Of a DNA stretch of 39,101 bases, positions 18,323 through 28,251 are shown piece after piece; position 1 is the stretch's first letter, and every line of letters starts with the position of its first letter. The notes beneath the pieces are model-generated. The model saw nothing but the letters and a program-made list of their open reading frames with translations. It was not told the origin of the DNA and searched no databases. The position numbers and the translations under genes were made by a program. The DNA is from Candidatus Eiseniibacteriota bacterium (GTDB taxonomy: Bacteria > Arandabacterota > Arandabacteria > Arandabacterales > Arandabacteraceae), in contig JBDRNT010000041.1 of assembly GCA_043810925.1 (NCBI GenBank), positions 1 through 39,101 of the forward strand, written 5' to 3'.

Positions 18323-19804
18323 TTGGCGGTACGAACAGGCCTTAGAAGCGCATGCGGCAAGGGGGTGCGTCCCTGCCTGAGCATGCCGGCCTTCTGGCTG
18401 ATGTCGGTGGCGCTGCTTGCAGGGCTCGCCGGGTGTGCGTCGGTTGAGGAGCGGCAGGCTTTCCTCAATCTCAAAATAGAAGCCGGAGCGTTCGCCGGTG
18501 AGGCCGATGCCTCCGCAGCTGGTATGATCCCGGAACTTGGTGAAGATGCCACACTTTCGGACTACACGGCGTACGCTCTTTTGCGGAACCCCGGGCTGGA
18601 GGCGGCCTTCAATGACTGGAAGGCGGGCCTCGAAAGGGTCTCTCAGGCCCGCTCGCTCCCCGACCCTCGATTCACGTATGTCCATTATGTCGAGGCGGTC
18701 GAGACACGTGTCGGCCCTCAAGAACGGTCCTTCGCCCTGATGCAGACCTTCCCCTGGTTGGGAAAACTCCAGCGGCAAGGCGACATCGCCTTCAAAGAGG
18801 CCGAGGCGGCACGGCAAAGATACGAGGCCGCAAGACTCAGGCTGATCTACCAGTTGAAGCTCGCATACTATGAGTATTACTATCTCTGGCGCGCCATCTC
18901 AGTTATGGAGACCGACATCAAACTGGTCTCGAATCTTGAGGGGATCGCAAGGACGAAGTACGAGGTCGGCACTGTTCCGTATTCCACCCTCATCAAGGCC
19001 CAGGTGGAGATGGGGAAGCTCGAGGAGACGCTCGCGACCCTCATGGACCTCGAAGACCCCACTGTCGCCCGGTTGAACAAGACGCTCGGACGTCCGCCGG
19101 ACGCCTACCTGGCGCGGCCGACGTCCCTGGACACTGAACCGATCACTTCTAGCGACGACGATATCCTGGCAGAACTCAAGAGGAACAACCCGGAACTTCT
19201 CGCCCTCGATCTCATCGTTTCAAAAGAAGAGGCATCTATCGGCCTGGTGCGACAGGGGTACTTCCCCGATATTACACTGGGCGCGACGGTCGTGAGAACC
19301 GGCGACGCGCTGAATCCTCAACTGGAGGACAGCGGTAAGGACCCCGTGATGGCGACAGTCTCGCTCAATCTTCCTATCTGGATCGGCAAACACCGCGCAG
19401 CGGGAAGAGAAGCTCGCGCACGGCTTCACGCAACAGCCAAACGTCGTGAGGATCACGAGAACCAGCTTCTGAGCGATCTCAAGCTGGCTCTCTTCGGCTT
19501 CCGCTCGGCAGAGCGAAAGATAGACCTTTATGGCGATTCATTGATTCCAAAGGCCGAGCAGGCGCTGACCGCATCCCGGAAGGCTTTTTCCGCCGATAAG
19601 GCGGATTTCTTCGATCTGATCGAAGCCCAGCGCACGCTATTGGAATTCCAATTGGCCCATGAGCGGGCGCTGGCCGATCGCGCCGAGCGCCTCGCCGAGA
19701 TCGAAATGTTGATCGGCCGGCAGGTCAGGCCGGAACAGAGCGTGGGGCCGGGCGTAGGAATGGACAGCCCGGCGCCTCCCGAAGCGGAGTCCGAGCCTGA
19801 GTAG
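18323..19804 (+). CDS. TolC-family outer-membrane efflux lipoprotein (CusC-like)
   Basis: Lipobox LAGC, ARSLPDP, QTFPWLGK, YFPDITLG, SLNLPIW; position in the operon. Confidence 0.9.
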   Translation: MAVRTGLRSACGKGVRPCLSMPAFWLMSVALLAGLAGCASVEERQAFLNLKIEAGAFAGEADASAAGMIPELGEDATLSDYTAYALLRNPGLEAAFNDWKAGLERVSQARSLPDPRFTYVHYVEAVETRVGPQERSFALMQTFPWLGKLQRQGDIAFKEAEAARQRYEAARLRLIYQLKLAYYEYYYLWRAISVMETDIKLVSNLEGIARTKYEVGTVPYSTLIKAQVEMGKLEETLATLMDLEDPTVARLNKTLGRPPDAYLARPTSLDTEPITSSDDDILAELKRNNPELLALDLIVSKEEASIGLVRQGYFPDITLGATVVRTGDALNPQLEDSGKDPVMATVSLNLPIWIGKHRAAGREARARLHATAKRREDHENQLLSDLKLALFGFRSAERKIDLYGDSLIPKAEQALTASRKAFSADKADFFDLIEAQRTLLEFQLAHERALADRAERLAEIEMLIGRQVRPEQSVGPGVGMDSPAPPEAESEPE

Positions 19805-19822
19805 GCCGAGGAGGTAGCGATT

Positions 19823-21724
19823 ATGAAGGATGGGATCGAGAAAAAACCGGGAAGGGGCTATTCGTGGAAGATGGTTGCCATCTTGTGCATCGGGGCTACA
19901 GCCCTCATAGCAATCGGCATCTGGGGTGGTCATTCCATAGGCAAGAGCGAAAAGGCTGAAGCCTTGGGCGGCGACCACGCGATGGATCAGGCCGGACAGG
20001 CTGAGATCTGGACATGTTCGATGCACCCGCAGATACGGCAGCCGAAACCCGGCAAGTGCCCGCTTTGTGGCATGGACCTGGTTCCGGTCACTGAAGCAGG
20101 CGCGGGAGATGCCGGCGCGAGGGAACTCAGGCTTTCTCCGGCTGCGATGAAACTCGCTGAGATCCAGACCGCTGCCGTTGAGAGAAGAGTTGTCGCCGCC
20201 GAGGTCAGGATGGCCGGCAAAGTCGACTATGACGAGACCCGTGTGAGCTATATCACTGCCTGGGTTCCCGGCCGGCTCAATCAGATGTACATCGATTACA
20301 CGGGTGTTGCGGTCGAACAGGGCGCCCCCATGGTATCGATCTACAGTCCCGAACTCGTGGTGGCGCAGGAGGAACTCATCCAGTCGGTAAGGGCGATGGA
20401 GAATCTGCAGACAAGTGAAGTCGAAAGCCTGAAACGGACGGCGCGAGAGACGCTCCATGCAGTGCGGGAAAAGCTGCGTCTCCTTGGGCTCACACCGGAC
20501 CAGATCTCGGAAATAGAAACGCGAGGCACGGTATCGGATGAGATCGTCATCGGGGCTCCCGCCGGCGGCGTCGTGGTCGACAAGGCCGCAGTCGAGGGCC
20601 AATACGTAACCACCGGTACGCTGATTTATACTATTGCAGACCTCACCCGCGTCTGGGTCAAACTGGACGCGTACGAGTCGGACCTTCCCTGGCTCCGGTC
20701 CGGCCAAGATGTCGAGTTTACGGCCGAAGCCCTTCCGGGTGAGACCTTCAATGGTGAAGTGGCTTTCATCGATCCCGTGCTGGATCCTAAAACCCGGACG
20801 GCCAAGGTCCGGGTGAACGTGGAGAATCCCGGCGGTAGGCTCAAGCCTGCGATGTTCGTGCGAGGTGTGGTTAGCGCGGACGTGGCTCCGGTCGGCCGGG
20901 CCCAGGCACCATTGGTGATCCCGGCTTCGGCTCCGCTCATTACGGGCAAACGCGCGGTGGTTTATCTCGAGACCGAGCCCGGACTTTATACGGGTATGGA
21001 AATCGTGCTCGGTCCGCGGGCCGGCAACTTCTATGTCGTCGAGGAAGGACTCGAGGAGGGCCAGCGCGTCGTCACGAACGGCAATTTCAAGATAGACAGC
21101 GCAATTCAGATTCTTGCCAAACCCAGCATGATGAACCCGGAGGGCGGAGGGCCTCTGCCCGGTCATCAGCATGGTGGCGCGGGAAGTTCCGGCAGTGTTG
21201 CCGCTGGGTATCATGCTGAAGCGCGATTCATTGTCCCTGCAGAATTCGCGGACCAGATTGCCCGCGTGTATGACTCCTATCTGGAAATCCACCACGGCCT
21301 CAGTCGTGACTCGCTTGAAAACGCCAAGGCCGCCGCGAAGCACCTCGAAGCGAGGGTCGGCTCCGTAGACATGACGCTCCTCGGGGGAGCCGCCCACAAC
21401 GCCTGGATGGATTATCTTGGCGGGCTTAAGGCTCATGCGGGCATGGTCCGGTCGGCGGAGGATATCACCGCGGCAAGAAGCGGATTCGCGCCGCTTTCGG
21501 AGACCATGTATGCCGCGCTAAAGAGTTTCGGGGCGGGTGGCAGTACGCCCGTCTACCGCTTCCACTGCTCGATGGCCTTCGGTGGCAGCGGGGCAAACTG
21601 GCTTCAAAGCACCAGGGAAGTCGAGAATCCTTACTGGGGCGCGGCAATGTTCAGTTGCGGCGAGATGACGGAAAGTGTAGCCGCCGGCTCGGAAGACGAA
21701 CCGGGAGAGCACCACCATGAGTGA
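19823..21724 (+). CDS. cusB: CusB-like RND membrane-fusion protein with heavy-metal-binding domain and C-terminal DUF3347-like domain
   Basis: WTCSMHPQIRQPKPGKCPLCGMDL, YSPEL..AQEEL, LKPAMF; C-terminal CSMAF...W...NPYWG..M..CG. Confidence 0.88.
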   Translation: MKDGIEKKPGRGYSWKMVAILCIGATALIAIGIWGGHSIGKSEKAEALGGDHAMDQAGQAEIWTCSMHPQIRQPKPGKCPLCGMDLVPVTEAGAGDAGARELRLSPAAMKLAEIQTAAVERRVVAAEVRMAGKVDYDETRVSYITAWVPGRLNQMYIDYTGVAVEQGAPMVSIYSPELVVAQEELIQSVRAMENLQTSEVESLKRTARETLHAVREKLRLLGLTPDQISEIETRGTVSDEIVIGAPAGGVVVDKAAVEGQYVTTGTLIYTIADLTRVWVKLDAYESDLPWLRSGQDVEFTAEALPGETFNGEVAFIDPVLDPKTRTAKVRVNVENPGGRLKPAMFVRGVVSADVAPVGRAQAPLVIPASAPLITGKRAVVYLETEPGLYTGMEIVLGPRAGNFYVVEEGLEEGQRVVTNGNFKIDSAIQILAKPSMMNPEGGGPLPGHQHGGAGSSGSVAAGYHAEARFIVPAEFADQIARVYDSYLEIHHGLSRDSLENAKAAAKHLEARVGSVDMTLLGGAAHNAWMDYLGGLKAHAGMVRSAEDITAARSGFAPLSETMYAALKSFGAGGSTPVYRFHCSMAFGGSGANWLQSTREVENPYWGAAMFSCGEMTESVAAGSEDEPGEHHHE

Positions 21725-24700
21725 TTCGAGCGACGGCAGGTCCGGGGAGAGCTTCTCCGCGATCGGCGCGGTCATCGGCTTCTTTCTCAGGAACAAAGTA
21801 ATCGTGATACTCGGGGTGCTGGCCCTGGTCTTCTGGGGTATCGGTGTGGCCCCATTCGACTGGGACATCAAGCGCCTGCCGCGCGACCCGGTCCCCGTTG
21901 ACGCTATTCCTGACATCGGAGAGAACCAGCAGATCGTATTCACGACATGGGCAGGCCGGTCGCCCCAGGACGTCGACGACCAGATCTCCTATCCTCTGAC
22001 AGCGGCTCTTATCGGTGTTCCCGGAGTCAAGACCGTTCGAAGTTTTTCGATGTTGGGTTTCTCCACCATCTACGTCATTTTCAAGGAAGATGTAGAGTTC
22101 TACTGGTCCCGCTCCCGTATCCTGGAGAAGCTTAACAGCCTCCCACCGGGTCTCTTACCTGACGGGGTGCAGCCCGCACTGGGGCCCGACGCCACGGCGC
22201 TCGGCCAGGTTTTCTGGTACACGCTTGAAGGCCGTGACGAAGACGGCAGCCCCGCCGGTGGATGGGACCTCGATGAGCTTCGGAGTGTCCAGGACTGGAC
22301 GGTCCGATATGCGCTCCTCTCCGCCGAGGGTGTGAGCGAGGTCGCATCGGTGGGTGGCTTCGTCCGCGAGTACCAGATTGATGTGGATCCCAATGCGATG
22401 CTCGCAAGCGGCGTTTCCCTCGAAGAGGTCTTCACGGCGGTGCGGATGGCCAACGTGGATGTAGGGGCGCGCACTATCGAAGTTAACCAGGTCGAATACA
22501 TTATCCGCGGCATCGGTTTCATTAAGGGTCCCGAGGATATCGAGAATACCGTAATCAAGATGAAGGACAATGTACCGATCTATGTGAAGACCGTGGCCAG
22601 GGTCTCACGGGGGCCGGCCCTCAGGCGCGGCGCACTCGATAAGGAAGGCACGGAAGCGGTCGGTGGAGTAGTGGTGGTCCGCTACGGCGAAAACCCGCTG
22701 GCCGCCATAAACAACGTCAAGAAGAAGATCGCGGAGATCGCCCCCGGTCTGCCGAAGAAGATCCTCCCGGACGGCACCGTGAGCCGGGTAACGATAGTCC
22801 CGTTCTACGACCGCACCGGACTGATTCAACAGACCCTGGGCACCCTGAAATCGGCGCTGACTGAAGAAATCCTTGTTACGATCATCATCGTGCTCATCAT
22901 GGTTATGCACCTGCGGAGTTCATTGCTGATCTCCGGACTGCTGCCCCTGGCCGTCCTTATGTGCTTCATCGCGATGAAAATGTTCGGCGTTGATGCCAAT
23001 ATCGTTGCCCTGTCTGGTATTGCGATTGCGATCGGCACCATGGTGGACATGGGGATCGTCATCACGGAGAACATCATCAAGCACCTGGACGAGGCAGATC
23101 CGGGTGAGGACCGGCTGGAGGTCGTACTCAGGGCATCAAAAGAGGTGGGTTCGGCGGTGGTGACCGCGGTCAGTACTACGGTTGTGAGTTTCCTGCCGGT
23201 ATTCACCATGGTTGCAGCCGAGGGGAAGCTCTTCAGACCCCTTGCATTCACGAAGACCTTTGCCCTCATAGCCTCGGTGGTTGTCGCTATCACAGTCCTT
23301 CCGTCGCTGGCGCACCTTCTTCTCACCGCAAAGAGCATAAAGCCACGGGCCTTCCGCCTGGGCATCCACGGCTCGGCCGTACTTGCGGGTATTGCCGTAA
23401 TTGTGATCACGCTTGTAAGAAGCGTCTCGGGGGCGGGCTCAGCACCTGGCTACGTCTGGTGGGTGCTGGGACTGGTGCTCATCGGAATAGGAGCGTATCA
23501 TCTCGTCTCCGAACGGCTTCCTGAGCGGGGCCGCCGGTGGGCCCCGAAGGCAAGCAATGTGATAATCGCTGTAGTCGTCGCCATAGTCCTTACCAGACAC
23601 TGGATGCCCCTGGGTCTCGACAAGAATCTCTTGATCAACGTCGTTTTCGTTGCAGCCCTGATCGGGAGCTTCCTTGCGATCATTCTTCTCTTTTACAAGT
23701 TTTATGCGCCGGTGCTTAAGTGGTGTCTAGGCCATAAGCTCGCGTTTCTTGCGATTCCTGCGGTTCTCACCTTTCTCGGTGTGATGACCTGGCTGGGCTT
23801 CAGCACGTTCTTCGGGTGGCTGCCCCTGGGTGTCAGGACGTCGTGGCCGACCTCGGCGCTTGTGCACACCTTCCCGGGCCTGGGCAAGGAGTTCATGCCT
23901 CCGCTCGATGAGGGCTCCTACCTCCTGATGCCGACCACAATGCCCCATGCCTCGATCGGAGAGGTCATGGATGTTTTGAGCAAGCAGGACATGGCAATTA
24001 CCCGGATACCGGAGGTGGAGTCGGCCGTCGGCAAAATCGGCAGGGCCGATACGCCGCTCGATCCGGCGCCCATCTCGATGATTGAAACCGTGATCAATTA
24101 TCACCCGGAGTATATTGAGGATCGTAGCGGATATCTTCTGACTTTCCAGCATGACAGCGATGAAAACGACTACTTCCGGGACGTGGTGGGAAATCCGGTT
24201 CCGGCGGGTGATGGCGAGCCCTACATAGTCAAGGGACGGTTTGCGCGTGACGCCGAGGGCAGTCTGATCCCCGAACGGGGGGGTAAGCCCTTCCGACTCT
24301 GGCGGCCGCCGCTCGATCCCGAGCTCAATCCCGGCAGGGAAGCCCAGCCGGGCATAAGAGAGCCCGACGATATCTGGCGGGAGATCCAGAAGGCCGCCGA
24401 GATCCCCGGCACCACCCCGGCGCCAAAGCTTCAGCCCATAGCTGCGCGCATAGTGATGCTTCAAAGCGGTATGCGGGCACCCATGGGTGTAAAGATAAAG
24501 GGGCCGGACCTCAAGACCATAGAAGGTGTGGGACTGGAGATAGAAAGACTGCTTAAGGAAGTCCCGGCCGTGGATGCCTCAATGGTCATAGCGGACCGCA
24601 TCGTCGGGAAGCCCTATCTCGAGATAGAAATCGACCGTATGGCCATTGCCCGCTATGGGATTCACCTGGCGAAAGTACAGGATGTGATCGAGGTTGCCGT

Positions 24701-25766
24701 CGGCGGCCGGCGGATCACCACCACGGTGGAAGGGCGCGAGCGCTATCCGGTACGGGTCCGCTACATGCGAGAACTGAGGGACCGGATCGAGTCGCTGGGA
24801 AGAATCCTGGTATCTGCCCCTGACGGGACCCAGGTCCCGCTGGAGCAGCTGGCAAGCATCGAATACGTCCGCGGCCCGCAGGTCATAAAAAGCGAAGACA
24901 CCTTCCTCGTGGGCTATGTACTCTTCGACAAGAGGCCTGGATTTGCGGAGGTTGATGCCGTCGAGCAGGCAAAGACATATCTCGACTACAAGGTTGAGAC
25001 GGGGGACCTGGAGATACCTGCCGGCGTGAGCTATGTCTTCGCGGGCAACTATGAGAACCAACAGCGGGCGCAGCGCACCCTCAGCTGGGTGCTGCCACTG
25101 GCCCTCTTCATCATCTTCATGATCCTCTATCTCCAATTCCGGTCGGCTGCAAGGACCTGGCTGGTGTTCTCCGGCATCTTTGTGGCCTGGGCGGGCGGTT
25201 TTCTAATGATCTGGCTCTATGGGCAGGGTTGGTTCCTGGACTTCTCCTTTGCAGGTGTTGGCATGCGGGATCTCTTTCAGGTGCACCCCGTGAATCTCAG
25301 TGTCGCGGTGTGGGTCGGTTTCCTGGCTCTCTTCGGCATCGCGTCGGACGATGGTGTCATCATGACCACCTATCTCGATCAGAGATTCTCCCGGCAGGTG
25401 CCCAGGACGACCGAAGAGATCCGCCAGGCGACGCTTGAGGCGGGGCTGCGGCGGGTGCGTCCGTGTCTCATGACTACAGCTACCACTGTCATAGCCCTGA
25501 TCCCGGTGCTGACCTCTACCGGGAGGGGTTCCGACGTCATGGTGCCGATGGCGATTCCTTCCTTCGGCGGAATGCTCCTTGAACTCATCACCATGTTCGT
25601 CGTACCCGTGCTTTACGCGGCGCTCAAGGAATTCCAGCTCAACACCGGCTGGAACGGCAAGATAATCGACGCGGTGGCCTTCATAGGCGCCCCCATCCTT
25701 CTACCCGCCGTTGTGATTCACGGCGAGTTGGCGGAGCGCCGAAAGCGAAGAACCGGGCAACGGTGA
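21717..25766 (+). CDS. cusA: CusA/CzcA-family heavy-metal efflux RND transporter (Cu+/Ag+)
   Basis: VDAIPDIGENQQIV, GIAIAIGTMVD, GKLFRPLAFTKT; Met triad equivalents LLMP, ISMIET, IVMLQSG; RVRPCLMT. Confidence 0.95.
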   Translation: MSDSSDGRSGESFSAIGAVIGFFLRNKVIVILGVLALVFWGIGVAPFDWDIKRLPRDPVPVDAIPDIGENQQIVFTTWAGRSPQDVDDQISYPLTAALIGVPGVKTVRSFSMLGFSTIYVIFKEDVEFYWSRSRILEKLNSLPPGLLPDGVQPALGPDATALGQVFWYTLEGRDEDGSPAGGWDLDELRSVQDWTVRYALLSAEGVSEVASVGGFVREYQIDVDPNAMLASGVSLEEVFTAVRMANVDVGARTIEVNQVEYIIRGIGFIKGPEDIENTVIKMKDNVPIYVKTVARVSRGPALRRGALDKEGTEAVGGVVVVRYGENPLAAINNVKKKIAEIAPGLPKKILPDGTVSRVTIVPFYDRTGLIQQTLGTLKSALTEEILVTIIIVLIMVMHLRSSLLISGLLPLAVLMCFIAMKMFGVDANIVALSGIAIAIGTMVDMGIVITENIIKHLDEADPGEDRLEVVLRASKEVGSAVVTAVSTTVVSFLPVFTMVAAEGKLFRPLAFTKTFALIASVVVAITVLPSLAHLLLTAKSIKPRAFRLGIHGSAVLAGIAVIVITLVRSVSGAGSAPGYVWWVLGLVLIGIGAYHLVSERLPERGRRWAPKASNVIIAVVVAIVLTRHWMPLGLDKNLLINVVFVAALIGSFLAIILLFYKFYAPVLKWCLGHKLAFLAIPAVLTFLGVMTWLGFSTFFGWLPLGVRTSWPTSALVHTFPGLGKEFMPPLDEGSYLLMPTTMPHASIGEVMDVLSKQDMAITRIPEVESAVGKIGRADTPLDPAPISMIETVINYHPEYIEDRSGYLLTFQHDSDENDYFRDVVGNPVPAGDGEPYIVKGRFARDAEGSLIPERGGKPFRLWRPPLDPELNPGREAQPGIREPDDIWREIQKAAEIPGTTPAPKLQPIAARIVMLQSGMRAPMGVKIKGPDLKTIEGVGLEIERLLKEVPAVDASMVIADRIVGKPYLEIEIDRMAIARYGIHLAKVQDVIEVAVGGRRITTTVEGRERYPVRVRYMRELRDRIESLGRILVSAPDGTQVPLEQLASIEYVRGPQVIKSEDTFLVGYVLFDKRPGFAEVDAVEQAKTYLDYKVETGDLEIPAGVSYVFAGNYENQQRAQRTLSWVLPLALFIIFMILYLQFRSAARTWLVFSGIFVAWAGGFLMIWLYGQGWFLDFSFAGVGMRDLFQVHPVNLSVAVWVGFLALFGIASDDGVIMTTYLDQRFSRQVPRTTEEIRQATLEAGLRRVRPCLMTTATTVIALIPVLTSTGRGSDVMVPMAIPSFGGMLLELITMFVVPVLYAALKEFQLNTGWNGKIIDAVAFIGAPILLPAVVIHGELAERRKRRTGQR

Positions 25767-25768
25767 TT

Positions 25769-25807
25769 CAGGCCTTCCAGGACCATGCGGATCTTCTCTT
25801 CAGTGGA
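25769..25807 (-). mobile_element. Tiny remnant of an IS3-family OrfA
   Basis: Minus-strand translation STEEKIRMVLEGL resembles the IS3 OrfA motif SAEEKIRIVLEGL. Confidence 0.45.
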
Positions 25808-25816
25808 GAGCTACAG

Positions 25817-25906
25817 TCATACTATCTCAAGGAGATCTTTCAGCTGTTTGAGAAACGGATAACCTTGGTTGAGAGAGTAAACGCGCGTTCTGCCAAACGA
25901 TCGCCG
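25817..25906 (-). pseudogene. Fragment of a winged-helix regulator gene
   Basis: RRSFGRTRVYSLNQGYPFLKQLKDLLEIV* resembles the wing/C-terminal helix of wHTH proteins; no start. Confidence 0.45.
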
Positions 25907-26084
25907 GTCCGTCTAATCAATTAGATGGGAACCACACCTGGCATGCCGTGCAAGTACCATATTCTCAGGTGACTGTCAAAGCATTCACCGAAATGGTACG
26001 GCGAGTAGATATTCTGCCGAGAAGGTCCCCTTCGAGGCTAGTTGCCTCGCTGAAGCTAACGCTCATGCCTGCTCGAATCTGCCG

Positions 26085-26546
26085 CTAGCCGAAGCCCGGC
26101 CTGACACCAAACAGCAAGGCGATGGTCAGTACAGACCCGCTCCCAATGAGACAGCCAGACATCTTTCCCAGAGATGTGGTTATTGCCTCTCTTGATGCTT
26201 CGACACCATGCCCACGAAGCCACTCTGCGATACTTCCCTCAAAGAAACCTGCTATGGCGTCCGTCAGGGCATCGCCAATGACTACACCCGCGATGGCACC
26301 CGCTACACCGTAAGTCATCCCACCCCAGATGGCTGGAACCGTCAGTAATCCGGTGTCTATTGCACCAAAGACCATGTCCGGGACCGCGCCGACCAATGAA
26401 CGATGTGCGAGGATGATCCCCAGGAGAGGAAACACGGAGATGGCGAGGACAACCGGGCCCACAGGAAGCCGCTGCTGAAGCGTGTAGTAACCAACCAGTG
26501 CCACTGGCAGGGCGACAAAACCGACATAGAAACCCTTTCGTATCAT
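26085..26546 (-). CDS. Hypothetical membrane protein (TMEM65/VIT-like motifs)
   Basis: Several TM helices; FGAIDTG, IGDALTDAIAG, GCLIG. Confidence 0.7.
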   Translation of the reverse strand: MIRKGFYVGFVALPVALVGYYTLQQRLPVGPVVLAISVFPLLGIILAHRSLVGAVPDMVFGAIDTGLLTVPAIWGGMTYGVAGAIAGVVIGDALTDAIAGFFEGSIAEWLRGHGVEASREAITTSLGKMSGCLIGSGSVLTIALLFGVRPGFG

Positions 26547-26634
26547 TCGCTACCTCGTTTCCCTTCACCCAACGATCAATCGGAAGCTTCGGGGCACATT
26601 CACGCGGATATCCTCCAGCGCATGGTTCGGCGGA

Positions 26635-27021
26635 TCATAAACTCTCAATGACTGTTCTCAACCTGTCTCGAACTTCCTGGGCCACCTGTGCCAAGTTGTC
26701 GTTCTCAACAGACTGCATGGCGGAGACCGGGTCAATTGCGGAGACTTCGGCCGAACCCTCTTCCGTTGCTTGAACTACTACATTGCAGGGAAGCAGTAGA
26801 CCGATATTGCGCTCGGCCTGAAGCGCCTGATGGGCGAACGGCGGATTGCACGCACCGAGAATGATATAGTCCCTGAAATCCACGTCGAGTTTCTTTTTCA
26901 GTGTCGCCTTGACGTCGATCTCGGTCAGAACCCCGAAGCCCTCGGCCTTGAGGGCATCGATTACCTTCGGGATCGCCTCTTCGTACGAGCACTGTAAGAC
27001 CTTCGTAAAATAGTAGCCCAT
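26635..27021 (-). CDS. DUF302-domain protein
   Basis: GFGVLTEID...YIILGACNP...IGLLLPCNVVV; AAGGAGG SD before ATG 27021. Confidence 0.9.
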   Translation of the reverse strand: MGYYFTKVLQCSYEEAIPKVIDALKAEGFGVLTEIDVKATLKKKLDVDFRDYIILGACNPPFAHQALQAERNIGLLLPCNVVVQATEEGSAEVSAIDPVSAMQSVENDNLAQVAQEVRDRLRTVIESL

Positions 27022-27216
27022 TGTTCTTTCCTCCTTCGTTGCCGGACTATGACCCAGGTGGTTTCCGCAGAACACCCTTTGTTCGCCGAGCCAGTCTGAC
27101 AATAATCGACGTTGCACACTTATCAAGTAGCATGTTTTCGAGCACTCATCAACAGCTGTGCTGTTTACCCCGGGTGCTATGCCGCTTACACGTTGTAGGG
27201 GTCAGCGATCCTGTCC

Positions 27217-27259
27217 ACTGACGTGTCCCGCATGGGTTCCAAATCTGTACCAATGGCAC
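27217..27259 (+). repeat. att-like copy S2 (degenerate)
   Basis: GACGTGTCCCGCATGGGTTCCAAATCTGTACCAATGGCAC aligns ungapped 28/40 with 30648-30687. Confidence 0.5.
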
Positions 27260-27360
27260 TGTCGGCGGCGGATCATGCACGGTGCAGGCCCCAGACTGTC
27301 GCCGGCGGATGCCGTTCTGGAACCGGGGGCGTTATAGTAGAATTGGCCGCCTCGGCAGGG

Positions 27361-28062
27361 TCACCTTTTTTCGAGAGTAACACTCTCGCGCACATGTTTT
27401 CCGGCCGACAGTTTGATTCCTTCTTTCCTCACGGTCTTGTAGCCTTGAAGTGAACATTCGACATCCCAGGTACCAGGAGGAATAAGGGTCCGGACAAAGA
27501 TCCCCTCCCGGTTAGTCTGAGCGCGCACGACCATTCCCGCAACCTCGGGCTTGATCAACACCATCACACCCTCCAGTGGCTTTTCTTCCACGTCCAGAAC
27601 CTCCCCGGTGAGAATTCCCGTATTCGGAAACTCGGGGTCATCAAGCCCCACAAGCTTCACCTTGATCGGAACAACGATTTCAAGTGGACCGTCGAGACCC
27701 TCAATTTCCCAGGACTGCATCTTGGCAATAAGGGCTTTGGCCAGATCATCACTTCCCGTTTCATTCTTGACAATCTCTGCTGATGTTAGCACGCGGTTCT
27801 CCCACATCACCTTTATTTCTATCAGGCCGTTGAATGTGGGGTCCTGATGGTGAAAACGCATGGTTACGTCATGGAAGTCGTCGAAATTCGCCTGAAGATG
27901 TGCAACAAGGAGATCCCAATGAAGGCTATCCGCCGCTGTGAAGGCTGGAGATTCACCTTCGTCCGCGGATTGCCGTTCTCCAGCTTCCTTCTGACAAGAT
28001 ACACAGCAGAGCACCATTGCGACCACGACAGAAATGACAAGCAAGGTCTTATTCAACAACAT
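27361..28062 (-). CDS. Lipoprotein with TonB-C/AgmX-like domain and carboxypeptidase-regulatory-like (Cna-B) domain
   Basis: Lipobox VSC; GILTGEVLD...PLEGV.V...TNREGIF....IPPGTWDVECSLQGY; AGGAGGAGG SD. Confidence 0.75.
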   Translation of the reverse strand: MLLNKTLLVISVVVAMVLCCVSCQKEAGERQSADEGESPAFTAADSLHWDLLVAHLQANFDDFHDVTMRFHHQDPTFNGLIEIKVMWENRVLTSAEIVKNETGSDDLAKALIAKMQSWEIEGLDGPLEIVVPIKVKLVGLDDPEFPNTGILTGEVLDVEEKPLEGVMVLIKPEVAGMVVRAQTNREGIFVRTLIPPGTWDVECSLQGYKTVRKEGIKLSAGKHVRESVTLEKR

Positions 28063-28251
28063 GGTAACCTCCTCCTATTGCCGACAATTCTTACTTGAGC
28101 CAATGGCTCACCCACCATAATAAGGTTCCGTTCCCCCCTCCCCTCGGTGTGCGTGTGTGAATGATATTCATTGCCCAAACGAGGCTCATGTTTCCACGAC
28201 CCATACGCCTCCCCTCTGACCGAACGCAGTGACAGTTTAGGACCAGACCAA

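Noticed and set aside
28186-28216. Possible ninth att-like copy (CATGTTTCCACGACCCATACGCCTCCCC)
   Set aside because: It needs a gap and has no right half, so it is too weak to support by eye.
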